A stretch of 38,948 nucleotides of DNA. Source: Nitrospirota bacterium (GTDB taxonomy: Bacteria; Nitrospirota; Nitrospiria; Nitrospirales; NS-4). Location: contig VBOF01000023.1 in assembly GCA_005877855.1 (NCBI GenBank), forward strand, positions 1 through 38,948, given 5' to 3'. Positions 19,483 through 28,163 of this stretch are shown here, piece after piece (the stretch's first letter is position 1; every line of letters begins with the position of its first letter). The notes under the pieces are model-generated. The model did not search any database. It had not been told where the DNA came from and saw only the letters and a list, made by a program, of their open reading frames with translations. The position numbers and the translations under genes are program-made.

Positions 19483-20556
19483 ATGACTCGACCTGCCCGC
19501 TCTCCGATCCCGCAAGGCGTCGCCACTTTTCTGCCCGTCGAGGCGGGCGAGAAGCGCGCCGTCGAGGAGGTCGTTTTCTCGGTGTTCCGTGAGCACGGGT
19601 ACCGGGAAGTCATCCCCCCTACCTTCGAGTACCTGGACATCCTGGCGCCCGGCCTCGACGCCGAACTGATCGAGAAGTCCTACAAGGTGGTAGACCGGGC
19701 CACGGGCCGCATCCTGGTCGTGCGCCCGGACGTCACCGCCCAGATCGCCCGGATGGTGGCGATGGGGATGGTAAACCAGCCTCTTCCCCTGCGGCTCTGT
19801 TACAGCGTCAATGTCTTTCGCTACGAGCCGGAGCACGCAGGCCGCGACCGCGAGATCTTCCAAATCGGTCTCGAGCTGATCGGGCCCAAGGGCACAGCGG
19901 CCGATGTCGAGCCGATCATGGTGGCGGCGGAGTGCCTCCGTCGCCTGGGAGTCACGGCCTTCACGATCGCCCTCGGGCAGGGCGCCTTCTTCAATGCGCT
20001 CCTTCGCCGGACCGGCGTGGCGGAATCCGTACAGCGGAGCCTGCGTGAAGCGGCGGCGCGGAAGGATGTGCCCAGGATGGAGGTGCTGTTGCACGAGGCC
20101 GGCGTGCGTGGCCGTGCTGCCAACGCCCTCCTTGCGGTACCCGAACTGTACGGGGGCGCCGAGATTCTGGAGGAAGCCACGCGCCTGGCACCTCCGACCG
20201 AGGATTGCCGCCGACCACTCGCCCGGTTGCGCGAAGTGTGGGATCGGATGGCGGCGGCCGGCCTGGGCGGCGCGCTCCTGCTGGACATGGGAGAGATCCG
20301 CCGGATGGAGTATTACACTGGCCTGGTCTTCGACATCTATGTGGACGGGGTGGGCGCCGAGATCGGAGGCGGGGGGCGGTACGATCACCTGATCGGCCGG
20401 TTCGGGCACGAGGTCCCCTCCACGGGGTTTGCGTTCGACCTCGACCGACTCTTGCAGCTCCGCGCCGCGCCGGGCGGTCGGGAGCATGCCAGTGGCGTAC
20501 GCAGCCGCGACGCGGCGGTTCGTACCCGGCGAGCGCAGCGCGGAGGTCGGCGGTGA
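19483..20556 (+). CDS. hisZ: ATP phosphoribosyltransferase regulatory subunit
   Basis: HisRS-like motifs without an anticodon domain: YREVIPPTFEYLD, RPDVTAQIARM, RLCYSVNVFRYE, GGGGRYDHLIGRFG and GFAFDLDRL. ATG at 19483; the track TTG is at 19441. The Arg-rich last ~30 aa are of uncertain authenticity. Confidence 0.8.
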   Translation: MTRPARSPIPQGVATFLPVEAGEKRAVEEVVFSVFREHGYREVIPPTFEYLDILAPGLDAELIEKSYKVVDRATGRILVVRPDVTAQIARMVAMGMVNQPLPLRLCYSVNVFRYEPEHAGRDREIFQIGLELIGPKGTAADVEPIMVAAECLRRLGVTAFTIALGQGAFFNALLRRTGVAESVQRSLREAAARKDVPRMEVLLHEAGVRGRAANALLAVPELYGGAEILEEATRLAPPTEDCRRPLARLREVWDRMAAAGLGGALLLDMGEIRRMEYYTGLVFDIYVDGVGAEIGGGGRYDHLIGRFGHEVPSTGFAFDLDRLLQLRAAPGGREHASGVRSRDAAVRTRRAQRGGRR

Positions 20557-21968
20557 AGCCCCGCGGCTTGCCAGACCCCTCGGATCCCACTGCGGTCAGA
20601 CTGCCTCCGCAGAATCTCGAAGCTGAGAAAGCCGTGCTTGGGGCCATCCTCCTCGACAACCAGGCGCTCTACAAGGCTCTCGAGGTCATCAGCTCTGACG
20701 AGTTTTATCTCCCAAAGCACCGCAGGATCTTCGAGGCCATGATCACGTTGCTGACTGAGCAGAACCAGGTCGTCGATCTGGTGACCCTCTCCGACCACCT
20801 CCAGCACGCCGGGGCCTTGGAAGGGGTCGGGGGCAGCGCGTACCTCACCGACCTTGCCCAAGCAGTCGCGACGGCGGCCAGCGTGACCTACCACGCGAAG
20901 CTCATCCACGAAACCGGGATCAACCGCATTCTCATCAATGTCTCCACGGAGATCGTCACTCGCGGGTATGAGGGAACCAAGCGAGTCGATGAATTACTGG
21001 ACTATGCGGAGAGGAACATTTTCGGGATCGCGGAACGCCGGCTGAAACGCTCCTTCAGCCCGATGGGCGCCGTCGTGACCGATACGGTGGAACACATCAA
21101 CAAACTGTATGAACAGAAGGAAAAGATCACCGGCATTCCGACGGGGTTTTCGGACCTCAATGAAAAGACCGCCGGCCTGCAGCCTTCTGATCTGATCGTC
21201 GTGGCCGGGCGACCCAGCACAGGCAAGACCAGCTTGGCGCTGGGGATGGCTTTGCACGCCGCCCTGCATTCTTCTCGGCCGTCTAAGGTGGCGATCTTCA
21301 GTCTGGAAATGTCCAAGGAGCAGTTGTGCATGCGTCTGCTGAGTGCCGAGGGACGGGTGGATATGCACCGTATCCGGACGGGCCAACTACAACGAGAAGA
21401 CTGGCCGAATCTGACCCGCGCCGCCGGCAAGTTGAGCGAAAGCAAAATATACATCGACGATACGCCGGGCATCACCGCCCTGGAAATGCGCGCCAAGATC
21501 CGTCGCCAAAAGGCAGAAACCGGTCTCGATCTTGTGGTGGTCGATTACCTTCAGTTGATGTCCGGAAGCGATAACAGTGAAAATCGTCAGCAAGAGATCT
21601 CGATCATTTCGCGATCGTTGAAGTCCGTCGCCAAAGAATTGAACATCCCAGTCATCGCCTTATCCCAGCTCAGTCGTGCGGTGGAGAGTCGGCCGGACAG
21701 GAGACCGGTCCTGGCCGATCTCCGGGAATCGGGCGCCATCGAACAGGATGCCGATTTGGTCCTGATGATCTACCGTCGAGACCTGCACGCTGCGGAGAAG
21801 GGCAAAACGGAGGATTGGAAAGAGGAGCGAACCGAGGAGAAGGCAGATCGTGAACGGGTGGCGGAGATTATCATTGCCAAGCACCGGAATGGGCCGACGG
21901 GCGTGGTGAACCTGACATTCCTCCCTGAGTATGCCAAGTTCGAAAACTACATCCCGGAACCAATTTGA
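20553..21968 (+). CDS. dnaB: Replicative DNA helicase
   Basis: PPQNLEAEKAVLGAILLD, Walker A GRPSTGKTSLAL, VVVDYLQLM, IALSQLSR and KHRNGPTG. GTG start at 20553 behind GGAGG, overlapping the hisZ stop as GTGA. The upstream part of track ORF 20205.. is hisZ read out of frame. Confidence 0.9.
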   Translation: MKPRGLPDPSDPTAVRLPPQNLEAEKAVLGAILLDNQALYKALEVISSDEFYLPKHRRIFEAMITLLTEQNQVVDLVTLSDHLQHAGALEGVGGSAYLTDLAQAVATAASVTYHAKLIHETGINRILINVSTEIVTRGYEGTKRVDELLDYAERNIFGIAERRLKRSFSPMGAVVTDTVEHINKLYEQKEKITGIPTGFSDLNEKTAGLQPSDLIVVAGRPSTGKTSLALGMALHAALHSSRPSKVAIFSLEMSKEQLCMRLLSAEGRVDMHRIRTGQLQREDWPNLTRAAGKLSESKIYIDDTPGITALEMRAKIRRQKAETGLDLVVVDYLQLMSGSDNSENRQQEISIISRSLKSVAKELNIPVIALSQLSRAVESRPDRRPVLADLRESGAIEQDADLVLMIYRRDLHAAEKGKTEDWKEERTEEKADRERVAEIIIAKHRNGPTGVVNLTFLPEYAKFENYIPEPI

Positions 21969-21993
21969 CTCTCCTTTCAGGTACCTCTATAAT
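21965..21993 (+). promoter_or_regulatory. Sigma70-type promoter candidate for the TPR gene
   Basis: TTGACT (21965-21970), a 17-nt spacer, then TATAAT (21988-21993). It straddles the dnaB stop, ~55 nt upstream of the ATG at 22049. Confidence 0.5.
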
Positions 21994-22048
21994 CTTTCCT
22001 AGGATCAAAGACTAGTCCGCCGTTGATGCTGGCGAGCGCAAAGGTGCG

Positions 22049-23866
22049 ATGTTCGGCACACTGAGTACGAGGCAGAAGGCATGGGTGATCGCTGTGCTGA
22101 CCTGCTTCGCGCTCCTGTCGGTTGACGCACTCGCCACAGAGCGGCCGGCCCTGCCTGCGAAACCGCCCGGGTCAGAACAAGCTCCGGACCCGGCCGCGTT
22201 CTACCATTTCATGCTCGGCTACCAGCGCGAATTGTACAATGATGCGGGAGAGGCCGAGGCGGAGTATCTCAAGGCCCTCGCTCGCGATCCCAACTCGGTG
22301 GCGATCCATCTTCGGCTCGCGACGCTCTATCAAGCCCAGGGCGAGCATGACAAGGCTCAGGCCCACGCTGAAGCCGCGCTGGCCCGAGACGCAACGAACC
22401 TCCAGGCCCTGCACATGCTGGCGAGCGTGGCCGTGGCCGCGGGCCGAGCGGACCAAGCCATCGAACTCTACCAGCGGATCGTCGCGCTCTGGCCCCAGGA
22501 AACACAGGCCTATTCTTCCATGGCGATGTTGCTGTCAGGCCTGAAGCGGTACGACGAGGCGGAGCAGACCATCCGCCGGGGGATTGCCGTCTCGCAGACC
22601 GCGGCGCCGACCGGCTACCTCTACCTGGGTCACATACTGGTTGAGCAGAAGGCCTGGGACCGGGCCGTGCAGGCCTATCGCGACGCGCTCGCCATCAACC
22701 CTAGCTTTGAGCCGGCCCACTTGGGACTGGCCGCGACACTGGAAGCCAAGGGTGACACGGCTCAGGCCATCGCAGTTCTCCGCAAGGTGTTGCAGGAGGT
22801 CAACAAGGGCAACCGGGAAGCACGTCAGCGGCTGGTCCGCTTGCTGTTGACGCAGAAGGCTTACGAGGCCGCGCTCGCCCTCTTGCGCGAAGCCGTCCAG
22901 GAATCCCCCGATGACGTGGACGCCCAGCTCCGGATCGGGCTGATCTACGGGGAGCTGAAGGACTATGTCAAGGCGGTCGAGCAGATCAAGCGCGTACTCG
23001 CCTTGCGACCGCAGGAGCTACGAGTCCGCGATCATCTGGCTTACTTGTACGAAGAGATGAAGGAGTTCGACAAAGCCATCGCCGAATACCGGACGATCAT
23101 CCAGGCCGACGCGCGGTACTCCGACGCGCATCTCCATCTTGGCTACCTGCTCTACCGCCTGAAACGGAATGACGAGGCCCTCCCGCATTTCCAGCAGGTC
23201 ATCGTCCTCAACCCCAAGATGACGGAGGCGTATCTATTGCTCGGCCTGACCCTGCTCCAGGCGTCGCGCCAAGAGGAAGCAGTGGCGGTCTTTCGCGAGG
23301 GGCTGCTGCGCAATCCCGAAAGCGCCGACCTCCATTTCAACCTGGGGACTGCGTACGACAAGATGGGCCGGTTCGACGAGCTGGTCCATGAGATGGAGGA
23401 GGCCATCCGGCTGGATCCCACGCACGCCGATGCGCTCAACTACCTGGGTTATACCTATGCCGAGCGCGACATGCGATTGGAAGAAGCGGTGGTGTTGATC
23501 CAACGGGCGCTCGCGGTCAAGCCCCAGAACGGCTACTATCTCGACAGTCTCGCCTGGGCCCATTACAAGATGGGCCGCTTCCAGGAGGCCCTGGAAGAAA
23601 TGAAACGGGCCGTCGCCGTGGTGCCCGACGACCCTGTCTTTCTCGAGCACCTGGGCGAGATCTACCTCAGCCAGAGTCTCCTGGGCGATGCTCGCGAGGC
23701 CTGGCTCCGCTCGCTGGAACTCGATCCGACGAATCACAAGCTTGCGGAGCGGTTCAAGGCGAAGGGATTCGGGGATCCGGCCACGGAGGAGCGAATCCGG
23801 AAATCGCAGGGGGGGCTTTCCAATAAGGCGCTGTCATCTGGTAGCAATTTGGGGCCTACACGGTGA
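22049..23866 (+). CDS. Secreted multi-TPR repeat protein
   Basis: 605 aa. Signal peptide AWVIAVLTCFALLSVDALA, then about 14 TPR units (e.g. AEAEYLKALARDPNS, HLGLAATLEAKGD, ADLHFNLGTAYDKMGR). Confidence 0.75.
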   Translation: MFGTLSTRQKAWVIAVLTCFALLSVDALATERPALPAKPPGSEQAPDPAAFYHFMLGYQRELYNDAGEAEAEYLKALARDPNSVAIHLRLATLYQAQGEHDKAQAHAEAALARDATNLQALHMLASVAVAAGRADQAIELYQRIVALWPQETQAYSSMAMLLSGLKRYDEAEQTIRRGIAVSQTAAPTGYLYLGHILVEQKAWDRAVQAYRDALAINPSFEPAHLGLAATLEAKGDTAQAIAVLRKVLQEVNKGNREARQRLVRLLLTQKAYEAALALLREAVQESPDDVDAQLRIGLIYGELKDYVKAVEQIKRVLALRPQELRVRDHLAYLYEEMKEFDKAIAEYRTIIQADARYSDAHLHLGYLLYRLKRNDEALPHFQQVIVLNPKMTEAYLLLGLTLLQASRQEEAVAVFREGLLRNPESADLHFNLGTAYDKMGRFDELVHEMEEAIRLDPTHADALNYLGYTYAERDMRLEEAVVLIQRALAVKPQNGYYLDSLAWAHYKMGRFQEALEEMKRAVAVVPDDPVFLEHLGEIYLSQSLLGDAREAWLRSLELDPTNHKLAERFKAKGFGDPATEERIRKSQGGLSNKALSSGSNLGPTR

Positions 23867-23949
23867 CACGAATCGTCTTCCCCGATGACTGGGGAGCGGT
23901 CAGGCCTAATAACCCTGTGTTTTATCTCTGAGGATCAGCCGCCCGTGGC

Positions 23950-23965
23950 TGGCAGAGTAATTGCT
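23950..23965 (+). promoter_or_regulatory. Sigma54 (-24/-12) promoter candidate upstream of pilin 1
   Basis: TGGCAG-AGTAA-TTGCT has the canonical GG/GC spacing of TGGCAC-N5-TTGC. It lies 75 nt upstream of the ATG at 24040. Type IV pilin genes are frequently RpoN/PilR dependent. Confidence 0.6.
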
Positions 23966-24039
23966 TAACCAGTGACGGGTTCTACTGTCTAGCCGCCAGG
24001 GAAAGGGCTCTTTCTCTCGTGTTGGCAGAAGGATTCTCG

Positions 24040-24522
24040 ATGCCCAATCGCGTGCCAAAGGGATCCCAGGGCTTTACCTTGATCGAGCTGATGATCGTGG
24101 TGGCGATCCTTGGTATCCTAGCGGCCATCGCCATCCCGAACTTTATGACCTACCAAGCCAAGGCTCGGCAGGCAGAGGTCAAGTCCATGCTTGCGGGTAC
24201 CTTCATGGCCGCTACCACAGTGATGTACGCGCAAAACGGAACGTATGTGATTACAGATATCGGTCAGCTTGGCTTTGCTCCGACCGGGACACCAAGGTAT
24301 TCCTACTGGTTTGACGTCAATGGTACACCTACACGCATCGTCGGTGGGAGCACCGCAACGGCTCCGTGCGACGTCAACAGCGCTCCAGTCGGAGTGGCAT
24401 CTTCAGGATCAGGATTTACGGCCGGAGCGAGGGGCAATATCGACAGTGATCCCACCTGTGACGATTGGCTCATCAATGACACCAAAATTCTCACGAATAT
24501 CAGCAATGATGTTACCAGCTAA
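24040..24522 (+). CDS. pilA: Type IV pilin (class III signal peptide), paralog 1
   Basis: MPNRVPKGSQG|[37 protein letters not shown] shows a prepilin cleavage site and Glu+5. Two C-terminal Cys are present. GAAGGA Shine-Dalgarno 6 nt before the ATG. The track ORF starts at an upstream GTG at 24019. Confidence 0.9.
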   Translation: MPNRVPKGSQGFTLIELMIVVAILGILAAIAIPNFMTYQAKARQAEVKSMLAGTFMAATTVMYAQNGTYVITDIGQLGFAPTGTPRYSYWFDVNGTPTRIVGGSTATAPCDVNSAPVGVASSGSGFTAGARGNIDSDPTCDDWLINDTKILTNISNDVTS

Positions 24523-24530
24523 AGGGGCGA

Positions 24531-24561
24531 CAATTTGTGACGGCCTCTCAGACACAAATTG
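24531..24561 (+). terminator. Weak hairpin after pilin 1 (possible partial terminator/attenuator)
   Basis: CAATTTGTG (24531-24539), a 13-nt loop, then CACAAATTG (24553-24561), 9 nt after the stop. The stem is AT-rich and has no clear U-tract. Confidence 0.3.
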
Positions 24562-24756
24562 CCATCTTCTCGGAAGCTTCAGAGTCACGGTTCAAGACTT
24601 TTGGACGTTTTCCTGGCAAAGATGGTTGCCCGGTGACGGCACGGGTATTGCTCTCTTTAAGAGGAAAGGCGACCGTGGGGCCAGGGGTGAGAGGATTCAA
24701 GAAGAGCGGATGGTACGGTCGTGAAGGATAACGTTTAACCACAAGGAGGGTTTGCG

Positions 24757-25215
24757 ATGTTGGATCGGATAAAAGGGAACAAGGGCTTCACCTTGATCGA
24801 ATTGATGATCGTGGTCGCGATCATCGGGATTTTGGCGGCGATCGCCATCCCGAACTTCATGACCTACCAGGCCAAGTCCCGGCAGTCGGAGGCTAAGGTG
24901 GGGCTTGGCGGTATCTTCACCACCGCGACGTCGTACTTCGCCGAGAATGGAACGTTCAGTGTCCTGCCCAGCGGCCTTGGCTACGCTCCGGCCGGGTCAC
25001 CGAAGTACACGTTCTCCTATAATGCGACTCAAATCAACACCGTCGCAACTGCCACTATTTGCAATGGCGTGACGACAGTTGTTGCGCCTGTTGCTACCGC
25101 CTCAGCGTTCACGTCCGGGGCCAGAGGCAATATTGACGGTGATCCCAGCTGTGACGAGTGGACGATCAATGACGTTCGGGCCCTGGTCAATACGGCCAAC
25201 GATGTGGCCAGTTAA
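24757..25215 (+). CDS. pilA: Type IV pilin (class III signal peptide), paralog 2
   Basis: [10 protein letters not shown]|[45 protein letters not shown] Shine-Dalgarno upstream. The C-terminal tail [18 protein letters not shown]...NDVAS is shared with paralog 1. Confidence 0.9.
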   Translation: MLDRIKGNKGFTLIELMIVVAIIGILAAIAIPNFMTYQAKSRQSEAKVGLGGIFTTATSYFAENGTFSVLPSGLGYAPAGSPKYTFSYNATQINTVATATICNGVTTVVAPVATASAFTSGARGNIDGDPSCDEWTINDVRALVNTANDVAS

Positions 25216-25243
25216 CCATTAGGGTCTGACAGGAACAGGAAAA

Positions 25244-25277
25244 GAGGGCCCCCGAGTGGGGGCCCTCGATTCTTGTT
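25244..25277 (+). terminator. Rho-independent terminator after pilin 2
   Basis: Perfect 10-bp GC stem GAGGGCCCCC (25244-25253), loop GAGT, GGGGGCCCTC (25258-25267), followed by the T-rich GATTCTTGTT. Confidence 0.75.
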
Positions 25278-25320
25278 GCAGAGTGCAAACAGGGCATGGG
25301 TGTCTTCGTGACGCCTCTCC

Positions 25321-27288
25321 ATGCCAGTACAAGAATCCCGTCGCATTTATAGTCCGCTCGTCGTCCTGGGCGGTCTCACGATCTTCGCGCCGCTCATCGA
25401 CGGCGGGACCACGCATCTGCCGGTCCTGATCATCCGACTCACCCTCCTGGTGGCTGCGACGGTCTGGACCATTGCCTCGTTGAAATCCGGGCGGATCACT
25501 GTGCCGTGGAGCCGGCTCTTCGTCCCTATGGCGATTTTTCTGGGGTGGGCTACTCTCTCCATCCTCTGGTCTCCGTACACCGCGATCAGTCTCCAGTGGC
25601 TTCTCAGCCTCTTCAGCTATGCACTGATGCTGTTTTTCGTTCTGCTGCTTGTTGACTCGCCCTGGCAGGTTCGGGCTCTGGTGATGGTGATTCTGGGGAT
25701 GGGTCTCTTCGAAGCCGGGGTGGGGATGTACCAATATCTGTGGCTTCGCCAGCCCAGATCCACCGGGACCTTCTTCAATCCCAACTTTTTCGCGACCTAC
25801 GAGGTGGCCACCTTTGCGGTGGCCTTCGGGCTACTGTGCTTCCGGGGACGAGAAGATGGCTTCAGATGGGCAAACCCCCTGTTGTGGCTCACGCCCTTGG
25901 TGGTCGGACTTGCGTTTGTGCTGGCCCAATCACGAGGGGGCCTGCTGGCATTCGTGGCGTCTGGGGCATTCATTGGACTCTCACGGTTCGGCAAGCCCTT
26001 TCTGGGCATCCTCTTGCTGGGTTTCGTCCTAGGCGCTCTTGTTCCCAATCCTCTCCAGCAGAGGATTCTGGCGGTCGGAACGAAAGACCCTTACGCCTTT
26101 ACCCGGCTGGACATCTGGAAGAATTCAGTAGAGCGCATAGCCGATCACCCATGGGGCGTGGGTCTGGGAATCTACAAGTACACCTCATTCCGGTATCGCT
26201 TTCCCATCGAAGGGTCAATCGCGCGGTTCGCAAAGCGGGCGGAATCTGCCCACAATGACTACTTGCAAATGGCTGTGGAGTTAGGAGTGGTGGGGCTGGT
26301 CATGTTTCTGGTGGGCCTAGGGTTCTTGGGGTGGGAAATCAGGGAGACTTTGCGCCTTGGCCTGGCGCCCTGGGAAAGAGGGGCGGTCATCGGATTGAGC
26401 GGAGGGATCCTGGGTATCCTGACACATGGTGCCGTGGACGCGGTGTTTCATGAACCAGCGATCGTCCTTCTCCTCTGTCTGTTTGCGGGATTGATCTTGG
26501 TCCTGCGACGGATGAGGACGTCCGGTTCCTTCTCGGTTGTGGAGGTGCCATTTGCGTATCGACCCATCAGGGCAGTTTTGATCGTGGTTCTGGCTGCCTT
26601 GCTGGGCATTCTTGTCATCCGTCCAGCCGCCGCGTGGTACGCCTTTGACGAGGGAGAACGCGAAATGGCAGTCGGCCGTGTCGGTCACGCGTTGGATTGG
26701 TATCAATGGGCCACGTACATCGACCCCGGCACCAGCAGCTACCACGATGCCGTAGCGGCCACGCAGGTTCGTCTCTATCGGCAATTCGGGGCGGTGAAGC
26801 ACCTTCACGGCGCTGCCAGTGAGCTTCAGGTCGCCTTGGAACTGAACCCACTGGATGCCCGATTAGCCAATCAGTTGGGACAGCTCTTTGTCTTGCTTGC
26901 TGAACAAGCCCCCACGAAAACAGAGCGGCAGGCGTTGCTGGAGGACGCTGAAGGGCATTATGAACAGGCAAGCCAGCTGGATCCCTATTCGCCCTTCAAC
27001 TATTTCGAGCTGGGCAAGCTGCAATGGGCCCAGGGGCGTGTGCCTGAGGCGATGGCCTTGTTCACGCGGGCAACAAGTTACGAACCCAATTTCCTGCCAG
27101 CACGGCTTTACCTGGCCGAGCTCTTGTTAACGACTGGGCAGAAAGAGAGGGCAGCCTCGGAATACACCGAAATCCTGAACATCAAAGAACGCTACCAAGC
27201 ACGGGCTGCCACGAGCCTTGAGCGACAGTACCTGGAAGTCGACCTTGACCACCTCCGACGTTCATTGGCTAGGGTGGAGGCGTCATGA
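25321..27288 (+). CDS. O-antigen ligase family (Wzy_C) membrane protein fused to C-terminal TPR repeats
   Basis: 655 aa and polytopic. LAQSRGGLLAF and AESAHNDYLQMAVELGVVG are typical of the WaaL/PglL/TfpO family. The C-terminal ~220 aa are TPR-like (HYEQASQLDPYSPFNYFELGKL..., FTRATSYEPNFLPARLYLAELL...). Confidence 0.8.
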   Translation: MPVQESRRIYSPLVVLGGLTIFAPLIDGGTTHLPVLIIRLTLLVAATVWTIASLKSGRITVPWSRLFVPMAIFLGWATLSILWSPYTAISLQWLLSLFSYALMLFFVLLLVDSPWQVRALVMVILGMGLFEAGVGMYQYLWLRQPRSTGTFFNPNFFATYEVATFAVAFGLLCFRGREDGFRWANPLLWLTPLVVGLAFVLAQSRGGLLAFVASGAFIGLSRFGKPFLGILLLGFVLGALVPNPLQQRILAVGTKDPYAFTRLDIWKNSVERIADHPWGVGLGIYKYTSFRYRFPIEGSIARFAKRAESAHNDYLQMAVELGVVGLVMFLVGLGFLGWEIRETLRLGLAPWERGAVIGLSGGILGILTHGAVDAVFHEPAIVLLLCLFAGLILVLRRMRTSGSFSVVEVPFAYRPIRAVLIVVLAALLGILVIRPAAAWYAFDEGEREMAVGRVGHALDWYQWATYIDPGTSSYHDAVAATQVRLYRQFGAVKHLHGAASELQVALELNPLDARLANQLGQLFVLLAEQAPTKTERQALLEDAEGHYEQASQLDPYSPFNYFELGKLQWAQGRVPEAMALFTRATSYEPNFLPARLYLAELLLTTGQKERAASEYTEILNIKERYQARAATSLERQYLEVDLDHLRRSLARVEAS

Positions 27289-28163
27289 GCAGCGCTGGAC
27301 AGTATGCAGCGATTTCCACGTCTACTGTGATCCTCATCATGGGATTGCACTTCCTTCAGGTCCGGCTTGATGAGCAGCGCGCCCCCATCACGCAGTTTCA
27401 GCGGTTCATGTACTTACCTCAAGGCGAGCATTTGAAAATCGCCGCCTTGGGTTATCAACACGTGGTGGCCGATCTTCTCTGGATACAGGTTATCCAGGCT
27501 ATGGGAGAGCGTCAGGTGACAGAAGAAGCCGGCCACTGGATCTACCGGGCGTTGGATATCATCACCACATTAGACCCCAAGTTTGTCCGGGTCTATGAGG
27601 TCGGAGGCATCGCGCTGACGACGCTGGTAGTCCACATTGACGAGAGCAACCGGATCCTGGAGAAGGGGATCCAGCACAATCCTGACGTTTGGACGCTGCC
27701 CTTCTTGCTCGGGTTCAACTATTACTTCGAGTTGCATGATGACGCCAAAGCGGCCGACTATATCGCCAAGGCTTCCCGCCTCCCTGGGGCGCCCGAGTAC
27801 CTCGCGAGCTTCGCCACCCGGCTCTATGTCTCGGCTAGGGAGCCGCAAGTCGCCATCGACTTTCTGGCCCAGATGTATGAGCAGACCTCAGATGAGAACA
27901 TCAAACGGATCCTCGAGCAACGGCTGAAGGAGGTCGTGGTAGAGCGGGATCTCCAGCTGCTCGAGAGGGCCATTAGCCGATACCGGGAGCGGTACACACG
28001 GGCACCCGAGCGTTTAGAGGACTTGGTGACTTCAGGGCTCCTGCGCTCGTTGCCCCGCGAGCCGTTCGGTGGCCGCTACCTCTACGACCCGCAGACGCAG
28101 ACGGTGCGCAGCAGTGAGATGAAGGAACGGCTGAAAGTGTACGGCAAAAGGAGACCGCGATGA
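27285..28163 (+). CDS. Hypothetical membrane-anchored helical-repeat protein (positional PilG analog)
   Basis: 292 aa with an N-terminal TM helix (AAISTSTVILIMGLHFL) and a helical, TPR-like remainder. ATGA overlaps on both sides. I recognise no family with confidence. Confidence 0.5.
   Translation: MSSAGQYAAISTSTVILIMGLHFLQVRLDEQRAPITQFQRFMYLPQGEHLKIAALGYQHVVADLLWIQVIQAMGERQVTEEAGHWIYRALDIITTLDPKFVRVYEVGGIALTTLVVHIDESNRILEKGIQHNPDVWTLPFLLGFNYYFELHDDAKAADYIAKASRLPGAPEYLASFATRLYVSAREPQVAIDFLAQMYEQTSDENIKRILEQRLKEVVVERDLQLLERAISRYRERYTRAPERLEDLVTSGLLRSLPREPFGGRYLYDPQTQTVRSSEMKERLKVYGKRRPR

Noticed and set aside
16603-20487. Three long minus-strand ORFs (16603..17805, 17379..19337, 19420..20487)
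   Set aside because: They are antisense to the clearly recognisable aminotransferase, serA and hisZ genes. The translations are Arg/Gly/His-rich with no motifs. They are GC-driven shadow frames.
20205-20552. N-terminal 116 aa of track ORF 20205..21968
   Set aside because: This stretch is hisZ read out of frame. DnaB homology begins just after the GTG at 20553, which has a GGAGG Shine-Dalgarno.
20440-20556. The Arg-rich tail of HisZ (RAAPGGREHASGVRSRDAAVRTRRAQRGGRR) as a possible frameshift
   Set aside because: It looks like out-of-frame sequence, but neither alternative frame gives a convincing HisZ C-terminus. HisZ length is variable, so this cannot be resolved without alignment.
24614-24630. 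Second sigma54-like motif TGGCAA-N6-TTGCC upstream of pilin 2
   Set aside because: The spacer is one nt longer than the strict -24/-12 spacing, so I do not call it. Pilin 2 may be expressed by read-through from pilin 1 or from an unrecognised promoter.
24537-24742. 64 aa ORFs on both strands in the pilin intergenic region
   Set aside because: They have no Shine-Dalgarno and no recognisable features, and they overlap the hairpin and promoter-like elements. They are probably non-coding.
24040-25215. Several N-x-S/T sequons in the pilins (NGT, NDT, NIS, NAT) as a hint of N-glycosylation
   Set aside because: None has the acidic residue at -2 required by bacterial PglB-type enzymes, and no PglB/STT3 homolog is in the window. 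The count is not above chance expectation.
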